64,000 bases of DNA from Polaromonas sp. GTDB lineage: Bacteria; Pseudomonadota; Gammaproteobacteria; Burkholderiales; Burkholderiaceae_C. Of this stretch, positions 57,338-64,000 are shown in pieces. The stretch is from NCBI GenBank assembly GCA_043781295.1, contig JAYWBS010000223.1:2270-66269 (forward strand), given 5' to 3'. Under the pieces are notes generated by a model. The model saw nothing but the letters and a program-made list of their open reading frames with translations. It did not search any database and had not been told where the DNA came from. Each line of letters begins with the position of its first letter. Position 1 is the stretch's first letter. A program made the translations under genes and the position numbers.

Positions 57338-59109
57338 ACATCACCCTGGAACAAGTCAATCAGGCCCCTGTAGATGTTGCCTTGGCTTTACTCGATGGTT
57401 TGTATGAGCATTCACCCTGGATAGCGCAAAAAGCACTGAACGCGCGCCCCTTCAAGTCTTTGGGGCACCTCAAGCACGCCCTGACGAACGTTGTGAATGC
57501 AGTGTCAACCGCCGATCAAATCAAGCTGCTGTGTGCCCACCCTGAGCTGGCTGGCAAAGCCATGCAAGACGATGCGCTGACGGCTGAATCTGCCAACGAG
57601 CAAAGCACTGCCGGCCTGACGAACTGCACGTCGCAAGAGATGGCCACTTTGGCTGAGTTGAATCAGCAATACAACGCCAAGTTCGATTTCCCGTTCGTCC
57701 TGGCGGTGCGCGGCACACGCGGCCACGGCCTGACCAAAAAACAGATCATTGACACTTTCGTCCGTAGGCTACAAAACCAGCCGGCCTTTGAAATCAGGGA
57801 AGGCCTGCGTAACGTCCACCGCGTGGTTGAACTGCGCATCAACGACAAGTTTGGCAGCCAGCCCGTGCTGGGCAATGAGCTGTGGGACTGGCATGAAGAG
57901 ATGGCACAGTACAGCGACCCTGGATTCAAAGAAAAAAAACAGCTTACCGTTACCTACCTGACCGACGCGCACTGCAGTTGTGCCGCTTACATCAGCGCCA
58001 GGATGCGCGAATGCGGATTTGACGATGTGAATATTGACGCGGTGGGTAATGTAGTCGGCATTTATAAAGCCGTAACAGCTAACGCCAAAACATTGCTCAC
58101 AGGTAGCCACTACGACACCGTACGTAATGCCGGCAAGTACGACGGTCGCCTCGGTATTTTTGCCCCCATGGCCTGTGTGCGTGAGCTGCACCGTGTGGGC
58201 AAACGCCTGCCATTCAACATTGAAGTGGTGGGCTTTGCCGAAGAAGAAGGCCAGCGCTACAAGGCCACTTTTTTAGGCTCTGGCGCGCTGGTAGGTGACT
58301 TCAAACCTGAATGGCTGGACCAAAAAGATGTCGATGGCGTGTCCATGCGCGAGGCCATGGCGCATGCCGGGCTCAGCACGGCTGACATTGCTGGCATCAA
58401 GCGCGATCCCGCCAGGTACCTGGGCTTTGTAGAAATTCATATTGAGCAAGGTCCGGTGCTCAATGCGCTGGACTTTCCGCTTGGCATCGTCACCTCGATC
58501 AACGGCAATGTGCGCTACCTGTGTGAGATCACGGGCATGGCCTGCCATGCAGGCACCACGCCCATGCCCAACCGGCAAGACGCCGCTGCGGGCGCTGCCG
58601 AGCTGCTGCTGTATGTTGAAAAGCGGGCCGCGCAAGATGCTGACTCGGTCGGTACGGTGGGCATGCTGCAAGTGCCCGGCGGGTCGATTAACGTGGTGCC
58701 GGGACGCTGCCTTTTTTCACTCGATATGCGCGCACCGAACGACGCGCAGCGCAATGCGGTAGAAACTGACGTACTGGCAGAGTTGGCTGCCATTTGCCAG
58801 CGACGTGGGCTGGAATACACGGTTGATTTAACCGAGCGCGCAGCCGCCGCCCCGAGTGCCCCTGCCTGGCAGGCGCGCTGGGAAAAAGCCGTTGAATCAT
58901 TGGGTCTGCCGCTGTACAAAATGCCCAGCGGCGCGGGCCATGATGCGATGAAACTGCACAAAGTCATGCCGCAGGCGATGCTGTTTGTGCGCGGCCAAAA
59001 CTCAGGCATCAGCCACAACCCGCTGGAGAGCACCACCAGTGACGATATTCAATTGTCGGTTGATGCCCTCACACATCTCTTGAGCCAATTAGCCCACGAA
59101 CAACATTGA
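57334..59109 (+). CDS. OHCU decarboxylase (UraD)-allantoate amidohydrolase fusion
   Basis: N-term YEHSPW, AHPELAG, FPF..AV; C-term GSHYD, G.YDG, EEEG, HIEQG, SGAGHDA. Confidence 0.92.
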   Translation: MNITLEQVNQAPVDVALALLDGLYEHSPWIAQKALNARPFKSLGHLKHALTNVVNAVSTADQIKLLCAHPELAGKAMQDDALTAESANEQSTAGLTNCTSQEMATLAELNQQYNAKFDFPFVLAVRGTRGHGLTKKQIIDTFVRRLQNQPAFEIREGLRNVHRVVELRINDKFGSQPVLGNELWDWHEEMAQYSDPGFKEKKQLTVTYLTDAHCSCAAYISARMRECGFDDVNIDAVGNVVGIYKAVTANAKTLLTGSHYDTVRNAGKYDGRLGIFAPMACVRELHRVGKRLPFNIEVVGFAEEEGQRYKATFLGSGALVGDFKPEWLDQKDVDGVSMREAMAHAGLSTADIAGIKRDPARYLGFVEIHIEQGPVLNALDFPLGIVTSINGNVRYLCEITGMACHAGTTPMPNRQDAAAGAAELLLYVEKRAAQDADSVGTVGMLQVPGGSINVVPGRCLFSLDMRAPNDAQRNAVETDVLAELAAICQRRGLEYTVDLTERAAAAPSAPAWQARWEKAVESLGLPLYKMPSGAGHDAMKLHKVMPQAMLFVRGQNSGISHNPLESTTSDDIQLSVDALTHLLSQLAHEQH

Positions 59110-59116
59110 TACACGC

Positions 59117-60340
59117 ATGACCGATTACCAAAAAATTGACGACTGGATTGACGCGCACTTTGACGAACAAGTGGCGTTTTTGCAAGCGCTGATTCGCCTA
59201 CCCACCGACACACCGCCCGGCAATAATGCGCCGCATGCCGAGCGCACCGCAGAGCTGTTGCACGGAATGGGTCTGGATGCTGAAAAGCACCCTGTACCCG
59301 CTGCTGAAGTTCACGCGGCAGGGCTGGAATCCATCACCAATTTGGTGGTTCGCAGAAAGTATGGCGAAGGCAAAACGGTGCTCTTAAATGCGCATGGCGA
59401 CGTGGTGCCACCCGGCGAAGGCTGGACCAAAGACCCCTATGGCGGCGAGATAGACAACGGTAAAATTTATGGCCGCGCATCCGCCGTCAGCAAATGCGAT
59501 TTTTCAACCTACGCTTTTGCCGTGCGCGCCCTTGAAGCAGTTGCCAAGCCTGCCAAAGGCAGCGTCGAATTGCTCTTCACCTATGACGAAGAGTTTGGCG
59601 GCGAAGTCGGCCCGGCCTGGCTGCTCAAGCACCACATCATCAAACCCGACTTGATGATTGCAGCAGGTTTTAGTTACCAGGTCATCACGGCGCACAACGG
59701 CTGCCTGCAAATGGAAGTCACCGTGCACGGCAAGATGGCGCATGCCGCCATTCCCGAATCGGGTATTGATGCATTACAAGCTGCCAACACAATTTTGACG
59801 GCGCTGTATGCGCAAAACACGCTGTACAAACAAATCACGTCCAAAGTCGAAGGCATCACGCACCCTTACCTGAACATTGGCACGATAGAAGGCGGCACCA
59901 ACACCAACGTGGTGCCAGGGCGCGTCAGCTTCAAGCTTGACCGCCGCATGATCCCCGAAGAAAACCCGGCCAGGGTTGAGGCCACACTGCGCAAAATCAT
60001 GCTAGACGCAGCGGCACAAACGATAGGCGTCACGGTTGATATCAAACGCATTTTGCTGGCCCGGGCCATGCAGCCGCTGGCTGGCAACAAACCTCTGGTA
60101 GATGCGATTCAAAAGCACGGACAGGCTGTGTTTGGTGAGACGATTCATGCACTGGGCACGCCGCTGTACACCGATGTGCGTCTGTTTTGTGAGGCGGGCA
60201 TACCAGGCGTGATTTACGGCGCCGGGCCACGTACGGTGCTGGAGTCACATGCGAAACGCGCTGATGAACGCCTGCATTTGGATGACCTGCGGCGCGCAAC
60301 CAAAGTGGTTGCGCGCGCCCTGAGCGATCTGCTGGTTTGA
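59117..60340 (+). CDS. M20 (ArgE/DapE-like) metallohydrolase
   Basis: NAHGDVVP, YGR, DEE, G..AHA, GG..TNVVP, ADE. Confidence 0.88.
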   Translation: MTDYQKIDDWIDAHFDEQVAFLQALIRLPTDTPPGNNAPHAERTAELLHGMGLDAEKHPVPAAEVHAAGLESITNLVVRRKYGEGKTVLLNAHGDVVPPGEGWTKDPYGGEIDNGKIYGRASAVSKCDFSTYAFAVRALEAVAKPAKGSVELLFTYDEEFGGEVGPAWLLKHHIIKPDLMIAAGFSYQVITAHNGCLQMEVTVHGKMAHAAIPESGIDALQAANTILTALYAQNTLYKQITSKVEGITHPYLNIGTIEGGTNTNVVPGRVSFKLDRRMIPEENPARVEATLRKIMLDAAAQTIGVTVDIKRILLARAMQPLAGNKPLVDAIQKHGQAVFGETIHALGTPLYTDVRLFCEAGIPGVIYGAGPRTVLESHAKRADERLHLDDLRRATKVVARALSDLLV

Positions 60341-60416
60341 TGCGAGCGACTAGCGTATCGAATTCGGTATTCCGGGGGTATGTACGGAGTTGATTTCAGT
60401 TTTTTCAGTCACCGGA

Positions 60417-60497
60417 CGCACCATTCCTGCCCGAAAATACAGACCTGTTTGGTGCATTGTTGGCCATAAACCGCAATGACAGGCACCATTTTTGCTT
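60417..60497 (+). promoter_or_regulatory. sigma54 promoter with NtrC-like half-sites
   Basis: AGGCAC-CATTT-TTGCT (60481-60496); upstream CGCACCA and TGGTGCA. Confidence 0.6.
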
Positions 60498-60544
60498 GAA
60501 ACACCTCACCTCTTCACGCTGACCCATTCACTCTCGGAGCCCCC

Positions 60545-61573
60545 ATGACCAAACGTACCTTTCTCAAAACCACGGCGGCCATTACGCTTGCACTTGCTTT
60601 CGGCGCTGCCCAAGCACAAACCACCCCCATCAAGTTCCAGCTCGACTGGCGTTTTGAAGGCCCGGCCGCCCTATTTTTAACGCCCGTGGCCAAAGGCTAT
60701 TTCAAAGACAACAAGCTTGACGTGACGGTTGACGCTGGCAATGGCTCGGGCGGCGCAGTGACGCGCGTGGCCTCTGGCACCTATGACATGGGCTTTGCTG
60801 ACCTGGCCGCGTTGATGGAATTCCACGCCAACAACCCCGATGCGCCCAACAAGCCTGTGGCCGTGATGGTGGTCTACAACAACACGCCTGCATCTGTCAT
60901 GGCACTGAAAAAATCGGGCATCAAAACCACCGCCGACCTGAATGGCAAAAAACTCGGTGCCCCGGTGTTTGACGCAGGCCGCCGCGCCTTCCCGATTTTT
61001 GCCAAAGCCAATGGCATCACCGGTGTGCAATGGACGGCCATGGACCCCCCACTGCGCGAGACCATGCTGGCGCGCGGCGATGTCGATGCCATCACTGGTT
61101 TTACCTTCACCTCACTGCTGAATCTGGAAGCACGCGGCGTGAAAGCTGAAGACGTGGTGGTGATTCCGTATGCCGACAACGGCGTCAAGCTGTACGGCAA
61201 CGTCATCATTGCATCACCCAAACTCATCAAGGAAAACCCGGCTGCGGTCAAGGCATTTTTGCTGGCCTTCACCAAAGGTGCCAAAGACGTGATGGCCAAC
61301 CCGGCGGCCGCCATCAATGACGTGAAAGCGCGTGACGGCATCATCAATGTGGCACTGGAAACGCGCCGCCTGCAACTGGCCATTGACACCGTGATCAACA
61401 GCCCGGACGCACGTGCCGAGGGCTTTGGTCAGCTCACCGGCCCGCGCCTGTCGCTGATGGCATCACAGGTATCGGATGCGTTCGCCACCAAATCACGCGT
61501 GAACCCTGACGTGATCTGGAACGGGTCCTTTCTGCCGACCGTTGCGCAACTGAACGTGCTGCCCAAGAAGTAA
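60545..61573 (+). CDS. NMT1/THI5-like ABC substrate-binding protein
   Basis: LDW.F.G, KGYF, G.GS, DL.GK, YG. Confidence 0.9.
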   Translation: MTKRTFLKTTAAITLALAFGAAQAQTTPIKFQLDWRFEGPAALFLTPVAKGYFKDNKLDVTVDAGNGSGGAVTRVASGTYDMGFADLAALMEFHANNPDAPNKPVAVMVVYNNTPASVMALKKSGIKTTADLNGKKLGAPVFDAGRRAFPIFAKANGITGVQWTAMDPPLRETMLARGDVDAITGFTFTSLLNLEARGVKAEDVVVIPYADNGVKLYGNVIIASPKLIKENPAAVKAFLLAFTKGAKDVMANPAAAINDVKARDGIINVALETRRLQLAIDTVINSPDARAEGFGQLTGPRLSLMASQVSDAFATKSRVNPDVIWNGSFLPTVAQLNVLPKK

Positions 61574-61580
61574 ACCTGAT

Positions 61581-61636
61581 TGCTACATATTTAATAGCTG
61601 CTCGCGCCCGAATTTATTGGGCTATAGCCATTTTTT
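61581..61636 (+). repeat. two-box repeat, copy 9 (intergenic, within operon)
   Basis: GCTA-catatttaa-TAGC tgctcgc GCCC-gaatttatt-GGGC tatagcc. Confidence 0.9.
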
Positions 61637-61646
61637 ATTGCCAAAA

Positions 61647-62474
61647 ATGCTTCATACTGACCCTGAAAACCTCTTTGTAGACTTCTCCAACGTCTGGCTG
61701 GCCTACAACGATGAGTTTTTAGCCAAAAAACAGTTTGCGGTAGAAGCGATTGACCTACAGGTCAGGCAAGGTGAGTTCATCGCCATCGTCGGGCCGTCGG
61801 GTTGCGGCAAATCGACCTTCATGAAGTTGGCTACCGGGCTGAAGATGCCGTCCATCGGCAAAATTCTCATTGATGGGCAGCCCGTGACAGGGCCGCTCAA
61901 AATCTCAGGCATGGCGTTTCAGGCGCCGTCATTGTTACCTTGGCGTACCACGCTTGACAACGTGCTACTGCCGCTTGAAATTGTCGAGCCCTACCGTAGC
62001 AACTTCAAAGCCAAGCGCAAAGAGTACGAGGAGCGTGCGCTCAAGCTGCTTGAAAGTGTGGGCTTGGGTGGCTATGGCGACAAATTCCCGTGGCAGCTGT
62101 CGGGCGGCATGCAGCAGCGCGCCAGCATTTGTCGGGCGCTGGTGCATGAACCCAAAATGCTGTTGTTAGATGAGCCATTTGGCGCGCTTGACGCCTTCAC
62201 GCGTGAAGAGTTGTGGTGTATTTTGCGTGACCTGTGGGCGGTGCAAAAATTCAATGTGATTCTGGTCACGCATGACCTGCGCGAGTCGGTATTTTTGGCC
62301 GATACGGTCTACGTAATGAGCAAAAGCCCAGGCCGCTTTGTCGTGAAAAAAGAAATCGACCTGCCGCGCCCGCGCGACCTGGAAATCACCTACACCAAAG
62401 AGTTTTCAGACATCGTGCATGAGCTGCGTGGGCATATAGGTGCCATCCGCCAGACCACGGCTGTTGCAGCTTGA
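61647..62474 (+). CDS. NitT/TauT-family ABC ATPase
   Basis: GPSGCGKST, LSGGMQQR, DEPFGALD. Confidence 0.94.
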   Translation: MLHTDPENLFVDFSNVWLAYNDEFLAKKQFAVEAIDLQVRQGEFIAIVGPSGCGKSTFMKLATGLKMPSIGKILIDGQPVTGPLKISGMAFQAPSLLPWRTTLDNVLLPLEIVEPYRSNFKAKRKEYEERALKLLESVGLGGYGDKFPWQLSGGMQQRASICRALVHEPKMLLLDEPFGALDAFTREELWCILRDLWAVQKFNVILVTHDLRESVFLADTVYVMSKSPGRFVVKKEIDLPRPRDLEITYTKEFSDIVHELRGHIGAIRQTTAVAA

Positions 62475-62487
62475 AGCGCCTTAAACC

Positions 62488-63255
62488 ATGACCAATAAAC
62501 AACTCCAATTTTGGGCACCCTGGGTATTGCTGGTCGCAGTGATTGCGTTATGGCAACTCATTTGCACCGTCTTCAGCGTGTCGGAATTCATCTTCCCCAG
62601 CCCGCTGCGCATTGCCACCCAAACCTGGGAATTCAAGGAAGTGATTCTGGGCCATGCCTGGCGCACTTACTGGGTCACCATGGCGGGCTTTGGCATCGCC
62701 ATTGTGGTGGGTGTGCTGCTCGGCTTTGTGGTGGGTTCATCGCGCCTGGCCTATGCAGCGGTCTACCCGCTGATGACGGCCTTCAACGCGCTACCCAAGG
62801 CGGCGTTTGTACCGATTCTCGTGGTCTGGTTTGGCATCGGCATCGGCCCGGCAATTCTCACCGCCTTCCTGATCTCGTTTTTCCCCATCATGGTCAACAT
62901 TGCCACTGGCCTGGCCACGCTGGAGCCTGAGCTGGAGGACGTGCTGCGGGTGCTGGGAGCCAAGCGCTGGGACGTTCTGGTCAAAGTCGGCCTGCCGCGC
63001 TCCATGCCGTATTTTTACGGCTCACTCAAAGTAGCGATCACACTGGCCTTTGTCGGCACCACGGTCAGCGAGATGACCGCCGCCAACGAAGGCATTGGCT
63101 ACCTGCTCATCTCCGCTGGTTCAGCCATGCAAATGGGCCTGGCCTTCAGCGGCCTGGTGGTGGTGGGCGCGATGGCAATGGTGATGTATGAGCTGTTCAG
63201 CTACATCGAAAAGAACACCACGCAATGGGCACACCGCAGCTCGAATAACGAGTAG
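62488..63255 (+). CDS. NitT/TauT-family ABC permease
   Basis: P.P, PK.A..P, FFP, E..A...G.G. Confidence 0.92.
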   Translation: MTNKQLQFWAPWVLLVAVIALWQLICTVFSVSEFIFPSPLRIATQTWEFKEVILGHAWRTYWVTMAGFGIAIVVGVLLGFVVGSSRLAYAAVYPLMTAFNALPKAAFVPILVVWFGIGIGPAILTAFLISFFPIMVNIATGLATLEPELEDVLRVLGAKRWDVLVKVGLPRSMPYFYGSLKVAITLAFVGTTVSEMTAANEGIGYLLISAGSAMQMGLAFSGLVVVGAMAMVMYELFSYIEKNTTQWAHRSSNNE

Positions 63256-63272
63256 AAGCAGTGTGAATCAAC

Positions 63273-63299
63273 AAAAACGGCTCATCAGGAGCCTTTTTT
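63273..63299. terminator. probable bidirectional rho-independent terminator
   Basis: AAAAAc-GGCTC-atcag-GAGCC-TTTTTT between convergent genes. Confidence 0.65.
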
Positions 63300-63306
63300 A
63301 CCTATC

Positions 63307-63361
63307 AAATCAGCCTGTAGCCCAATAAATACGGGCGCAAGCAGCTATTTTTTACATAGCA
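63307..63361 (-). repeat. two-box repeat, copy 10 (intergenic)
   Basis: GCTA-tgtaaaaaa-TAGC tgcttgc GCCC-gtatttatt-GGGC tacaggc. Confidence 0.9.
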
Positions 63362-63369
63362 TGCTGGTT

Positions 63370-63999
63370 TCAGCGGTGTACTTCAGCTTCGCCGTGTTTT
63401 GTCAGCAGTTCCATCAGCTTGCGGCGTATCAAAATACCCGGCCTGTCAGAGTCCATCGAATATTCAATGCCGCGCCGACGCGGGTCTATCACCGCGTCCG
63501 GGTCGGTGGATTCCAGAATGTCTTTGTCTTCCAGCGTGATCTCGGCATCAAAATCAATCAGCATTTGTGCCGGGCAATCAGCCTCGGTGTCATTGCGAAA
63601 CAGCCACTGGCACAGCATCATGTTGCCATCATCTATCGGCGTGAAGCAGTTGATGATGATGTGGCGAATGCCCGAGGGGTATTCAATGTCCAGCCGCCGT
63701 GAAAACGGCAAAAAGTAGGCGTTGCGCATGTGGCGCGTGGTGATGGCGTCTTTCACACCGCTGATGCTTTGATAGCGTTCAGGGTTGGCTGCCTCAATCA
63801 CGGTTTCAGCATAAAAACCGTTGTCGTTCTCAACCAGCTCGTACTTGCTGGGCTTGGGGCTGGCAGCTACGCCAAAGGTGGCACGGTGCACAAAGCTGAA
63901 ATGAGAGTTGTCAAACGAATTTTCCAGCGCGCGCATCGGGCTGGTTTGCCAGCGTTCGTAAAACTGGAAGATGGTGCGGTAGCCGGGGTCAGAGAATTC
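63370..63999 (-). CDS. Rieske non-heme iron oxygenase alpha subunit, C-terminal part (VanA/NdmA/HpxD-like); 5' end outside window
   Basis: EN.FD.SHF.FVH mononuclear Fe motif, ED..ILE, D.....RR; frame is open to the window edge. Confidence 0.85.
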   Translation of the reverse strand, partial: EFSDPGYRTIFQFYERWQTSPMRALENSFDNSHFSFVHRATFGVAASPKPSKYELVENDNGFYAETVIEAANPERYQSISGVKDAITTRHMRNAYFLPFSRRLDIEYPSGIRHIIINCFTPIDDGNMMLCQWLFRNDTEADCPAQMLIDFDAEITLEDKDILESTDPDAVIDPRRRGIEYSMDSDRPGILIRRKLMELLTKHGEAEVHR

Positions 64000-64000
64000 A

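Noticed and set aside
19984-63361. Repeats as a CRISPR array
   Set aside because: Dispersed and degenerate, with no regular spacers and no cas genes.

Overview
Betaproteobacterial chromosome segment; gene content and repeats point to Comamonadaceae (Polaromonas/Rhodoferax-like). Left to right: an AT-rich two-gene module and an orphan HigA; a putative N-heterocycle catabolic locus (Liv-type ABC transporter, DhpH-like FAD monooxygenase, VOC protein, TetR, CoxG/M/S/L-type molybdenum hydroxylase); housekeeping genes (CorC/HlyC, apaH, yihY, rhlE, pcp, DUF883 operon, dcd); then a large purine salvage/catabolism region (guaD, add, BMP ABC transporter, xdhABC, puuD, uraH, puuE, uraD-allantoate amidohydrolase fusion, NMT1/THI5 ABC transporter, Rieske oxygenase). 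This region is interrupted by queE-queD, by a ~6 kb integrase-less island in the 3' end of add, by tartrate genes and by a decayed integron cassette next to hicAB. The most notable non-genic signal is a ~55-bp element built from two tandem 17-bp boxes (GCTA-N9-TAGC, 7 bp, GCCC-N9-GGGC). I found 10 copies, several inside genes, some apparently written over conserved codons rather than inserted. No tRNA, rRNA, CRISPR array, integrase or transposase was seen. All calls rest on motif recognition by eye, not on database searches.
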